The notes under the pieces: generated by a model | Database searches by the model: none | Seen by the model: only the letters and a program-made list of their open reading frames with translations | Told to the model about the DNA's origin: nothing | Program-made: the position numbers and the translations under genes | Source: Abditibacteriaceae bacterium | GTDB taxonomy: Bacteria > Armatimonadota > Abditibacteriia > Abditibacteriales > Abditibacteriaceae | NCBI GenBank assembly: GCA_031425655.1 | Contig: JANPJS010000149.1 | Coordinates: 1 to 20,018, forward strand | Length of the DNA stretch: 20,018 bases | Reading direction: 5' to 3' | Shown: one piece after another, positions 8,428-16,425 of the stretch | How the letters are laid out: each line of letters begins with the position of its first letter | Numbering within the stretch: the stretch's first letter is position 1

Positions 8428-8518
8428 TTTGAACCACAGAGACACAGAGAAGAAAGAGAAAGCTTTGGGCCTGAACCCAAACTTAATTCTCAAAATCTCT
8501 GTGTCTCTGTGGTTCAAA
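8428..8518. repeat. Long intergenic palindrome (REP/MITE-like hairpin)
   Basis: Perfect 23-bp inverted repeat TTTGAACCACAGAGACACAGAGA (8428-8450) / TCTCTGTGTCTCTGTGGTTCAAA (8496-8518), with nested inner stems GAGAA/TTCTC and TTTGGG/CCCAAA. Confidence 0.85.
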
Positions 8519-8541
8519 TAATGATTACTTCAGGAGACAAA

Positions 8542-8904
8542 ATGAAGTTACAAAAGACAGCCGCCCTCGCAGTGGGCGCGTTCCTCTCGACAGCCGTCGT
8601 CGCGCCGCAAATCGCTTTCGTGCACGGCAAGGCAAAGCACAAAGACCAGCACGCCACCGTGACCGTTGATGGCAACGGATACCATCCGGCGACGCTGAAC
8701 CTCAAAGGCGGCAAGCCGGTTCATTTGACCTTTGTCAGCAAAGGCAAGGGCTGCGCCAATGCGGTCAGCATTCCTTCGCTGAAAAAGACGTTCAACCTCA
8801 AGCCGGGCCAGAAGAAGGAAATCGTTTTCACGCCGAAAAAAGGACAGACCGTCGCGTTTGCCTGCTCCATGAATATGTTCAAGGGCAAAGCGGTAGCGAA
8901 GTAA
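8542..8904 (+). CDS. Exported cupredoxin-domain protein (CupA-like), 120 aa
   Basis: AGGAG RBS, ATG 8542 and signal peptide. The pattern GYHP..L..GKPV.LTF....C...V.IPSL...FTP...FACSMNMFKG supplies Cys, Cys, Met, Met ligands. Confidence 0.85.
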   Translation: MKLQKTAALAVGAFLSTAVVAPQIAFVHGKAKHKDQHATVTVDGNGYHPATLNLKGGKPVHLTFVSKGKGCANAVSIPSLKKTFNLKPGQKKEIVFTPKKGQTVAFACSMNMFKGKAVAK

Positions 8905-8957
8905 TTTTTCGTGCGCCCAACACCGCCCGCTTCGCCCAACAGATTATCCATTGGCTC

Positions 8958-8986
8958 TTGGCGCTTATACCCATGTGGGGTATATT
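8958..8986 (+). promoter_or_regulatory. Sigma70-type promoter for csoR-copA
   Basis: TTGGCG (8958-8963), a 17-bp spacer and TATATT (8981-8986), overlapped by the first operator. Confidence 0.7.
8966..8984. promoter_or_regulatory. CsoR operator 1
   Basis: TATACCC-ATGTG-GGGTATA is the C/G-tract palindrome typical of CsoR operators, directly upstream of csoR. Confidence 0.85.
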
Positions 8987-8996
8987 CTCTTAGTGA

Positions 8997-9013
8997 ATAC
9001 CCCTCATGGGTAT
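8997..9013. promoter_or_regulatory. CsoR operator 2
   Basis: ATACCC-CTCAT-GGGTAT is a second copy, centred 30 bp downstream of operator 1. Confidence 0.82.
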
Positions 9014-9043
9014 ATAAGCAAGCCTGAACTGGAGGAAACCCTT

Positions 9044-9334
9044 ATGGACGACGAATCGCGCAAAAAGGTGAAATCGCGCACAAACCGCATTGCCGGCCAG
9101 GTCGCCGGCATTCAGAAGATGATTGACGAAGACCGTTATTGCGTTGACATCTTGAATCAGATTTCTGCGGTGCGCTCGGCGCTGGACGCGCTGGGATTGG
9201 AACTGCTGGGCAAGCATCTGGAAGGGTGCGTTTTGGGACACGGCACCGACTCAGAACACCACTGCGCCAAGCCGCTGAGCGAGGAAGAATTGGTGGCGGA
9301 AATGCAGACGGTGATCGCACGATTTTTGAAATAA
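9044..9334 (+). CDS. csoR: Copper-sensing transcriptional repressor, CsoR/RcnR family, 96 aa
   Basis: GGAGG RBS and ATG 9044. RIAGQVAGIQKMI..RYCVDILNQISAVRSAL...HLEGCV carries the Cys-His-Cys ligand set. Confidence 0.92.
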   Translation: MDDESRKKVKSRTNRIAGQVAGIQKMIDEDRYCVDILNQISAVRSALDALGLELLGKHLEGCVLGHGTDSEHHCAKPLSEEELVAEMQTVIARFLK

Positions 9335-9352
9335 GAACAGGAGGTGAAACCA

Positions 9353-11863
9353 ATGGCAACAGCAACAAATACCAAAGTGACAGACCCGGTTTGTGGGATG
9401 GAGATCAACTCGAAGGACGCGGCAGGACGCAGCGATTTTGGTGGCGCAAGCTATTTCTTTTGCTCTGATTCGTGCAAAGCGAAGTTTGACGCCGACCCGA
9501 CTCAATATGCCGTTGAAGAAGCTGGCGAGGAGCATGATGTCTCCGCCACTGAAGACAGCGCGACAATGGAAGGCGGCACAGAGCGATGCGATTTGCCGCT
9601 TCTGGGGATGCACTGCGCCGCTTGCGCGGGGCGCATCGAGAAGGTGTTGAACAAAACGCCGGGTGTTGAGAAGGCGAGCGTGAACTTTGCCACGACGCGC
9701 GCCACGGTGCATTACGACGCGGCGCAGACCGATCCCATGCAGTTGCGCGCGGCGGTGCAGAAGGCCGGCTACGACGCCATCGTGCCGGAGCCAGCTTCGG
9801 AAGATGCCGGGCTGGATGAATCGTCCAACGCTGAAACGCAGGCGCGCGAAGCAGAATACAACGCGCAAAAGCAGAAGTTCACTATCGCTTTGGCGCTGAC
9901 GGTTCCCGTGCTTTTTCTGGCGATGGCGGGGCATTTGAACGCCTCATTGGAGCGGATGCTGAACTTCCCCGGTCGCGTCTGGCTGGAGATGATTTTAACC
10001 GCGCCGGTTTTGTTCTGGGCAGGCCGCGAATTTTTCACCGGCGCGTGGGCGGCGGCCAAACACCGTGCCGCCGACATGAACACGCTGATCGCCATCGGCA
10101 CCTTCGCCGCCTTTGCTTACAGCGCCGTGGCGACCTTCGCGCCGCAGATTTTCATGACGGCTAACAGTCATGCTGCAAGCGGTGGCCATGCCATGACGGC
10201 GGTCTATTATGAAGTGGCCGCCAGCGTGGTGACGCTGATTCTGATGGGCCGCTTGCTGGAAGCGCGGGCGCGGGCGCGCACATCGGGCGCTATTCACGCT
10301 TTGATGGGCTTGGCGCCCAAAACCGCGCGCGTCGAGCGCGACGGAGCAGAGCAGGATATTCCCATCAGCGCCGTGCTGGTCGGCGACATTGTTATCGTGC
10401 GCCCCGGCGAAAAAGTGCCGGTGGACGGCGAAATTGTGGACGGGCAATCGAGCGTGGACGAATCCATGCTGACCGGCGAACCGATGCCGGTGTCGAAGAA
10501 AGCTGGCGATACGGTTATCGGCGCGACGCTGAACAAGACGGGCACTTTTCGTTTTAAAGCGACCAAAGTTGGCAAAGACACGGTTTTGCAGCAGATCGTG
10601 CGTTTGGTGCAGGAAGCACAAGGCTCCAAAGCCCCAATTCAGCGCATGGCCGACCAGATTTCCGGTGTCTTCGTGCCGATTGTGATTTGCATTGCCATTG
10701 CTACCTTCATGGCGTGGTTCATCTTCGCGCCGGTTGAAAGCCGCTTAACCCTTGCCCTGCTCACCTTCGTTTCCGTGCTGATTATCGCCTGCCCCTGTGC
10801 GTTGGGATTAGCAACGCCAACCGCGATCATGGTGGGAACCGGGCGTGGGGCACAAAGCGGCGTGCTGATCAAAAGCGCCGAGGCTCTGGAAACCGCTCAC
10901 AAGCTGGATACGATTGTGCTGGACAAAACCGGCACCATCACCCAGGGAAAGCCTGCCGTCACCGACATTGTGGCGCAGGACATCGAAGAAAACGAGCTGC
11001 TGCGTTTGGCGGCTTCTGCCGAGCGGGGCAGCGAGCATCCGTTGGGCGAAGCCATCGTGCGCTCGGCGCAGGAGCGCGGCCTTAGCCTTTCGCAGCCGCA
11101 GGAGTTCAACGCCATCGCCGGGCATGGCATTGAGGCGACGGTGGACGGGCGCAAAGTCCTACTCGGCAACGCCAAATTGATGATGGAGCGCAATATCTCC
11201 GGTGGCAAAGACGAGGTTCGCAGTCTGGCTGAAGGCGGTAAAACCCCGATGCTGATCGCGGTGGATGGCCGTTTCGCCGGTATTATTGCGGTCGCTGATC
11301 CCATAAAAGAATCGTCACGCGCCGCGATTGAGCGTCTGCATCAGCTTGGTTTAGAGGTCGCCATGATGACCGGCGACAACCGCGCCACAGCGGAAGCCAT
11401 AGCGCGGCAAGTTGGCATCGAGCGGGTTTTAGCCGAAGTTCTGCCCGAAGGCAAAAGCGCCGAAATCAAAAAGCTGCAAGCCGAAGGCAAGCGCGTGGCG
11501 ATGGTTGGCGACGGCATCAACGATGCGCCGGCTTTGGCGCAGGCTGACGTGGGGATTGCGATGGGCAGCGGGACGGACGTGGCGATGGAAGCCGCCGACA
11601 TCACCTTAGTCAAGGGCGACCTGAACGGCGTGGCCTCCAGCATCGCACTCTCGAAGGCGACCATCCAAAACATCAAGCAAAACTTGTTCTTCGCCTTCAT
11701 TTACAACGTGCTGGGCATTCCCATAGCCGCAGGGTTACTTCATCCCTTCACCGGCTGGCTGCTCTCGCCGATTATCGCGTCCTTGGCGATGGCCTTGTCC
11801 AGTGTCAGCGTGGTCGGCAATGCGCTGCGCTTGCGCGGCTTCAAAGTGGAAAGGGGGGCCTGA
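9353..11863 (+). CDS. copA: Cu(I)-translocating P1B-type ATPase with N-terminal YHS and HMA domains
   Basis: AGGAGG RBS and ATG 9353. Motifs [14 protein letters not shown] (YHS), MHCAAC (HMA), [33 protein letters not shown] and MALSS identify the P1B-1 subtype. Confidence 0.96.
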   Translation: MATATNTKVTDPVCGMEINSKDAAGRSDFGGASYFFCSDSCKAKFDADPTQYAVEEAGEEHDVSATEDSATMEGGTERCDLPLLGMHCAACAGRIEKVLNKTPGVEKASVNFATTRATVHYDAAQTDPMQLRAAVQKAGYDAIVPEPASEDAGLDESSNAETQAREAEYNAQKQKFTIALALTVPVLFLAMAGHLNASLERMLNFPGRVWLEMILTAPVLFWAGREFFTGAWAAAKHRAADMNTLIAIGTFAAFAYSAVATFAPQIFMTANSHAASGGHAMTAVYYEVAASVVTLILMGRLLEARARARTSGAIHALMGLAPKTARVERDGAEQDIPISAVLVGDIVIVRPGEKVPVDGEIVDGQSSVDESMLTGEPMPVSKKAGDTVIGATLNKTGTFRFKATKVGKDTVLQQIVRLVQEAQGSKAPIQRMADQISGVFVPIVICIAIATFMAWFIFAPVESRLTLALLTFVSVLIIACPCALGLATPTAIMVGTGRGAQSGVLIKSAEALETAHKLDTIVLDKTGTITQGKPAVTDIVAQDIEENELLRLAASAERGSEHPLGEAIVRSAQERGLSLSQPQEFNAIAGHGIEATVDGRKVLLGNAKLMMERNISGGKDEVRSLAEGGKTPMLIAVDGRFAGIIAVADPIKESSRAAIERLHQLGLEVAMMTGDNRATAEAIARQVGIERVLAEVLPEGKSAEIKKLQAEGKRVAMVGDGINDAPALAQADVGIAMGSGTDVAMEAADITLVKGDLNGVASSIALSKATIQNIKQNLFFAFIYNVLGIPIAAGLLHPFTGWLLSPIIASLAMALSSVSVVGNALRLRGFKVERGA

Positions 11864-12150
11864 TGGATACAGCCGAAATCTTCGTTCTTATTGGCGGCAC
11901 GCTTTTGATCGCCTTTACGCTCTGGTTTTTCTTTGGCAAGCGTGAAGAGGAAGCCGCCACTGTCACCGCCGAGGGAAAGCCGCTTTACGAGTGCCCGATG
12001 CACCCTTGGATTACCAGCACCGACCCCGCAGCCAACTGCTCGCTGTGCGGCATGAAGCTGGTGCGGCGCGGCGATGCCGGTGCGAAACACGAGGCTTTAC
12101 AGCAGGGACACGGCTCGCCGTCCTCTCATGGCTCAAAGCCGCATCACTAA
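11863..12150 (+). CDS. Small membrane-anchored heavy-metal-binding-domain protein, 95 aa
   Basis: TGATG overlap with copA. N-terminal TM helix ending WFFFGK, YECPMHP..ANCSLCGMKLV motif and His-rich tail. Confidence 0.85.
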   Translation: MDTAEIFVLIGGTLLIAFTLWFFFGKREEEAATVTAEGKPLYECPMHPWITSTDPAANCSLCGMKLVRRGDAGAKHEALQQGHGSPSSHGSKPHH

Positions 12151-12188
12151 ATCAGCAGACCACAACAGGCCAAACAGGAGATGAGGCA

Positions 12189-12761
12189 GTGGAAACTACT
12201 AAAGGCATAAAGTGCGGCGCGTGCATAAGCTATGTGGCGGAAGCTGGTGGGCGCGTTTTTTTACTGTTGTGGTTGGCCGCTCCTTGTATTGTGGCAGCAT
12301 CCGATGCGCGTCCTGTTGCACCGCTAAAACTTGGCGCTAAGCAGCCTGCCCAGATCATTTATCACAAGACCTTGGAAAAGGCGTTGAAGGCCGCGCAAAA
12401 GTCCAAGCGGCCCGTGCTGGTCTACTTCCATGCGGCGTGATGCAGCCCCTGCAAGGCGATGGAGCATAGGGTGTTAACCGATGCCCGCGTCGTTGGCGCC
12501 GCGAAGAAATGGGAGGCGGTGCGCGCCGATATGGACAAGGAAAGCTCACTGGCCGTGCGCCTGAAAGTGGAGCGTCCACCGACTCTGGTATTCCTGACGG
12601 CGCAAGGACGTGCCGCCGGGCGCCACGAAGGGTATGCCGAGGTTTCCGATGTTCTCAAAGTGCTGCGGGTCGCCCATGCCCAGGCCGCGCCGCAGAAGAG
12701 CCAAAAGCAAAGCAACCTGAAACAGCAGAAACGGGCCGCTCCGAACAAATCTTCCCATTAA
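12189..12761 (+). pseudogene. Exported thioredoxin-family protein interrupted by an in-frame TGA (12438-12440)
   Basis: AGGAG RBS and GTG 12189. ORFs 11991..12440 and 12459..12761 share a frame and read LEKALKAAQKSKRPVLVYFHAA*CSPCKAMEHRVL...VERPPTLVFL...RHEGY, a thioredoxin fold with the stop at the Trp position of WCxxC. Confidence 0.75.
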
Positions 12762-12772
12762 GGATCAATTTT

Positions 12773-13987
12773 ATGTTTGACACATTCGTTCACCACCGTT
12801 CAGTCCGCCGGGTCAGAGGTGTCTTGGGATGCCTCGGAGTTTTCATAGCAGCATGGTCGTCGTTGGCCTGCGCGCAGAATGCGCCTATTGTTACTGTTGC
12901 GCGGGTGCCCTCCGGCGGCATTCAACCGCAGATAATCGCCAAAAACGGCATCTATCATCTGGCTTATTTGAAAGGCGACCCGAAAGCCAACGACGTATTT
13001 TATGCGCGCTCGACGGACGGCCAGAATTGGAGCGCGCCGCTGCGCGTCAATTCGCAGCCGGGCAGCGCCATCGCGATGGGCACCATTCGCGGCGCTCACT
13101 TATCAGTGGGCCGCAACGGGCGCGTTTTCGTGGCGTGGAACGGCTCCGGCAGCGCGCAGCCGCGCCTCGATTTTGTGCCGGAAAGCGCGAAAAAATATGG
13201 CGCTTCACCGTTCTTGTTTTCGCGCTTGAAGGAAGATGGCAGTGCCTTTGAGCCGCAGCGCAACCTGATGACCAAGACCTTCAACCTGGATGGCGGCGGC
13301 TCCTTAGCCGCTGATGACGAAGGCCGCGTTTACCTGGTCTGGCACGCCAATGACAGGGATGGGCAGGACGAAGCCGGACGGCGGGTGTGGATCGCGCGCT
13401 CCAGCGATGACGGCGCGACCTTTAGCACCGAAACGCCGGTCTGGAACGAGCCGACCGGCATTTGCGGTTGCTGCCAAATGCGGGTTTTAGCAGAAAACGG
13501 CGGCACAGTCACACTCCTCTATCGCTCGGCAGGCGAAGTGGTCAACCGCGACACCTACGCGCTGGTTTCCAACGACAAGGGAGTCACCTTTCAGGGCCTC
13601 AAAATCCACGATTGGAAAATCGGCGCTTGCCCGATGAGCAGCTACTCTCTGATAAAAGACGGCGCACGCCTGTTGGCCGCCTGGGAAAGCGACAAGCAGG
13701 TTTTCTTAGCGCCGCTGGGCGCTGACATGAAGCCGCAGGGCATCGCGCCGGCACCCGGCAAAGGCGACAACCGCAAGCATCCTGTATTAGCCGCCAATAA
13801 GGACGGTCAGATTTTGATGGTGTGGACGGAAGGCACCGCCTGGGCACGCGGCGGCAGGCTGCGGTGGCAAGTCTTTGACGCGCAAGGCCGCGCCCTCGGC
13901 AAAGCCGGTGAACAAGATGGCTTGCCCGTTTGGAGTTACGCCACGGTGATAGCCGGTTTGGACGGGAAATTCACCGTTCTCTATTGA
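12773..13987 (+). CDS. Exported BNR/Asp-box (sialidase-like) beta-propeller protein with CGCC and GACP motifs, about 404 aa
   Basis: AAGGA RBS, ATG 12773 and signal peptide (..SSLACA-Q). Asp-boxes STDGQNW, SSDDGATF and SNDKGVTF, plus ICGCCQ and WKIGACPM. Confidence 0.8.
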   Translation: MFDTFVHHRSVRRVRGVLGCLGVFIAAWSSLACAQNAPIVTVARVPSGGIQPQIIAKNGIYHLAYLKGDPKANDVFYARSTDGQNWSAPLRVNSQPGSAIAMGTIRGAHLSVGRNGRVFVAWNGSGSAQPRLDFVPESAKKYGASPFLFSRLKEDGSAFEPQRNLMTKTFNLDGGGSLAADDEGRVYLVWHANDRDGQDEAGRRVWIARSSDDGATFSTETPVWNEPTGICGCCQMRVLAENGGTVTLLYRSAGEVVNRDTYALVSNDKGVTFQGLKIHDWKIGACPMSSYSLIKDGARLLAAWESDKQVFLAPLGADMKPQGIAPAPGKGDNRKHPVLAANKDGQILMVWTEGTAWARGGRLRWQVFDAQGRALGKAGEQDGLPVWSYATVIAGLDGKFTVLY

Positions 13988-14122
13988 ATTTGGTCGTCGG
14001 ATGGATGCTCTATAGAGATGTTCAAATCTGATAGATTCGGCCATTTAGCGGATGCCCGCATTCCGCGAAAACCCCAAAATATTCCTTGATGCCACAACCA
14101 CGGCATCGGGGAATGAATAGCC

Positions 14123-14635
14123 ATGCGGAACGTGCGAAAGGGCATTAGCAAGCAACCAAATATAGGAGCGCCGTTGGCGTTGCTGCTGGTTGCTCTGCTG
14201 GTCGTCGTGCATCCAGCATCGCAGTTGCTTTGCGTCTTCATGCCCTGCGGGGTGTTAGCCGCAGAGCATGCCAAGCAACCAGTGCGCGCGTGCTGCCGCA
14301 AAGACAAGGCCTCGCAGCCGACAACGGCTTCCTGCTGCAAGAAGAAGCAAGCCGCAAGCGATTGCAATCCGTTACCCGACAATAGCAGGCCGGATACAGC
14401 GTGCTGTGGCGACGCTCGGAATCACAATTATGTGAGCGGCAAGACACTGCGCCTTGCGCCCAAATTCTCGCATTGGCAACACGTTTCTTATCCTCTTGTC
14501 GCGGTGCTGCTGCCCAGCATGCCGGACGTTGCGCCGAAAGTCATCCGCCATACGCTGCGCGACGGCCCCAGTTCTCCACCGGCTTCGCCTTTTCTCCGTC
14601 CCGTGTTGGGACGCGCTCCCCCTGAGTTGGCTTGA
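14123..14635 (+). CDS. Cys-rich DUF2946/CutF/CruR-like leader protein with a C-terminal RAPP arrest motif, 170 aa
   Basis: N-terminal hydrophobic segment, 9 Cys (CVFMPC, three CC pairs, one single) and a Pro-rich C-terminus ending LRPVLGRAPPELA*. It lies upstream of exported metal-handling genes. Confidence 0.7.
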   Translation: MRNVRKGISKQPNIGAPLALLLVALLVVVHPASQLLCVFMPCGVLAAEHAKQPVRACCRKDKASQPTTASCCKKKQAASDCNPLPDNSRPDTACCGDARNHNYVSGKTLRLAPKFSHWQHVSYPLVAVLLPSMPDVAPKVIRHTLRDGPSSPPASPFLRPVLGRAPPELA

Positions 14636-14800
14636 TGGGCCTGCCTCGCGGCATTGCCCTGTTCGCCTCGGCCTGCCTCCGATTGCGGCTTTCGCTTGCG
14701 GAAGCCAGAGCGGGTTGAACGCAGAACGCAATCCACCGACGTTTGACGTTCGGGTGCGGCCCGATGGCACGCATCCACCCAAACCACAACTCAGGGAGTG
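14614..14800 (+). promoter_or_regulatory. Predicted anti-SD/SD long-range stem linking the RAPP codons to the RBS of the next gene
   Basis: CCCTGAGTTG (14620-14629) is the exact reverse complement of CAACTCAGGG (14787-14796). Pairing extends over GGGAGTG (14794-14800) with a 2-nt bulge and one G-U pair. Confidence 0.65.
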
Positions 14801-14806
14801 AGTGAA

Positions 14807-15559
14807 ATGACATTGAATTTGAAAACCATTGCAACCGGCTTGGCCATTGGAGCCAGCCTGATGAACTTTGCGCCGTCTTCGGTGCAGGCGGCGGACGCCG
14901 CACTGGGCACCGCGCAGCAAGCCGGGCCATTTACCGTGACGCTGATCGCTTCGCCGCAACTGGGCCGCACCCGTTTTGAGGCGCGCGTCAGCCGCGATGG
15001 AGCTTACGTCACCGACGCGCAGGTTCGCCTTAGCCTCTCGATGCCGTATCACAAGCACGGCGGCACCTCAGACCGTCTCGCCGATGTGGACGTGAACCGT
15101 CAGGGCGGACAATACGCCGGCTCGATCAAGTTGAAGATGGAAGGCATCTATCAGGCGCGCGTGACCGTGCAAGGCGCCGGGCAAAAAGGCGCCGCCGCTT
15201 ACAGCTTCAAAGTCGGCAAGAACGCCGCAAACGCGCATCTGGGAATGTGGCATCCGGCAGGCAACTTTGAAGTGCGCTTCACCACCGATCCGGCCACGCC
15301 TAAAGCCGGCGAAAACAAGCTGCGCGTCCAAGTGGCGCGCGATGGTCAGCCCGTCAGCGGCGCGACAGTGAAGCTGCATCTTTCGATGCCGGGAATGCGG
15401 ATGGCCGGAGCGGTTGTTTCCTCTACGCTCTCACCCAGCGGCAACGCTTACGAAGGCACTGCCAAGCTGATTCATTCCGGTGACTGGCAGGCGCACATCA
15501 CAGTGAACGCCAACGGCACTAAGGGCATCGCTACCTACAACTTCACGGCAAGCGAATAA
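14807..15559 (+). CDS. Exported protein with two YtkA/FixH-like Ig domains, 250 aa
   Basis: GGGAG RBS, ATG 14807 and signal peptide (..SVQA-A). Internal repeat AG.F.V...RDG..V..A.V.L.LSMP...Y.G..KL...G.(Y/W)QA, with loops SMPYHKHG and SMPGMRM. Confidence 0.75.
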   Translation: MTLNLKTIATGLAIGASLMNFAPSSVQAADAALGTAQQAGPFTVTLIASPQLGRTRFEARVSRDGAYVTDAQVRLSLSMPYHKHGGTSDRLADVDVNRQGGQYAGSIKLKMEGIYQARVTVQGAGQKGAAAYSFKVGKNAANAHLGMWHPAGNFEVRFTTDPATPKAGENKLRVQVARDGQPVSGATVKLHLSMPGMRMAGAVVSSTLSPSGNAYEGTAKLIHSGDWQAHITVNANGTKGIATYNFTASE

Positions 15560-15569
15560 GCCTCAGCGA

Positions 15570-15610
15570 CACTCCACCGGCTACAGTGACAAACCGTAGC
15601 CGGTGGAGTG
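15570..15610. repeat. Intergenic 15-bp perfect inverted repeat (hairpin)
   Basis: CACTCCACCGGCTAC (15570-15584) / GTAGCCGGTGGAGTG (15596-15610). There is no U-tract, and a small CCCGT-TTCGG-ACGGG hairpin follows (15617-15631). Confidence 0.75.
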
Positions 15611-15652
15611 ATCGTTCCCGTTTCGGACGGGCACCAAGCGAAGGAGGCTGCC

Positions 15653-16420
15653 ATGAAACCGATTCTTTCCCGCATTTTTGTGTTGGCGTTTGCCAGTTGG
15701 ACTGCGTTCAGTTTGCTGCCGGCCCACGCCAAAGATAAGCCCTTGCTGGGCAAGCCACAGGCTGCCGGGCCATTCCAAATTACGCTCTCCACGATTCCCG
15801 TTGCGCCGCAAGCCGGCGTGAACCGCTTCCGCCTGGAAATCTTCCGCAAGGGAGAAATTGTGAGCGACGCGCAGGTGTCGCTCACCCTCACCATGCCCTT
15901 GCACCGGCATGGCGGACGTTCGGACAACGAGCCGGAAGTCACGCCGCGTCTGGTCTTCGCTAACGGCACTTATCTCGGCACTGCCCGCCTCACCATGCAA
16001 GGAGTGTGGCAGGCACAGATTTTCGTGAAGTCTGCCGCTGGTAAGGGCAAAGCGACTTACCGATTTACCGCCGGCAAAGCGGCGCCCCTGCATCTGGGCA
16101 TGGCGCACATGGCGGGCGATTTCGTTGTGACGCTTACTACCGAGCCGCCTACACCCCAAGCAGGCGACAATCGCTGTGTCGTTTCCGTCAACCGCGACGG
16201 GCAAGCGGTTCAGGACGCAAATGTCAGCGTGGATTTTAGCCGTCCCGCCAATCAGCCCCCGACTTTTTCCGTGACGCTGGCGCGCAACAACAACCGCTAT
16301 GAAGGCACCGCGACTCTGCCGGAGCCGGGCGATTGGGAAGCGCACATTACCGTTCAATCCGGTGACACCAAAGGCACGGCGCTTTACCAGTTCCGCGCCG
16401 GTCATTCACAAGGACCATAA
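15653..16420 (+). CDS. Exported protein with two YtkA/FixH-like Ig domains, paralog of the upstream gene, 255 aa
   Basis: AAGGAGG RBS, ATG 15653 and signal peptide (..PAHA-K). Aligns by eye with 14807..15559 (LG..Q.AGPF..TL, DAQV.L.L.MP.H.HGG.SD, HLGM.H.AG.F.V, GDW.AHITV....TKG.A.Y.F.A). Confidence 0.78.
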   Translation: MKPILSRIFVLAFASWTAFSLLPAHAKDKPLLGKPQAAGPFQITLSTIPVAPQAGVNRFRLEIFRKGEIVSDAQVSLTLTMPLHRHGGRSDNEPEVTPRLVFANGTYLGTARLTMQGVWQAQIFVKSAAGKGKATYRFTAGKAAPLHLGMAHMAGDFVVTLTTEPPTPQAGDNRCVVSVNRDGQAVQDANVSVDFSRPANQPPTFSVTLARNNNRYEGTATLPEPGDWEAHITVQSGDTKGTALYQFRAGHSQGP

Positions 16421-16425
16421 AGGCG

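Noticed and set aside
8254..9043. Longer N-termini in the ORF track (8254, 8951; likewise 1494, 3212, 3484, 6435, 11991, 12509, 15608)
   Set aside because: These extensions run through neighbouring genes, palindromes or operators. Downstream starts have RBSs or stop/start overlaps.
12438..12480. SECIS element / selenoprotein call
   Set aside because: Only weak, short stems are visible after the TGA, and the codon aligns to Trp rather than Cys.
13981..15058. Overlapping minus-strand ORFs (13981..14382, 14372..15058, 14541..14930)
   Set aside because: They have no motifs, and the plus-strand Cys-rich RAPP ORF and YtkA-like gene explain the region better.
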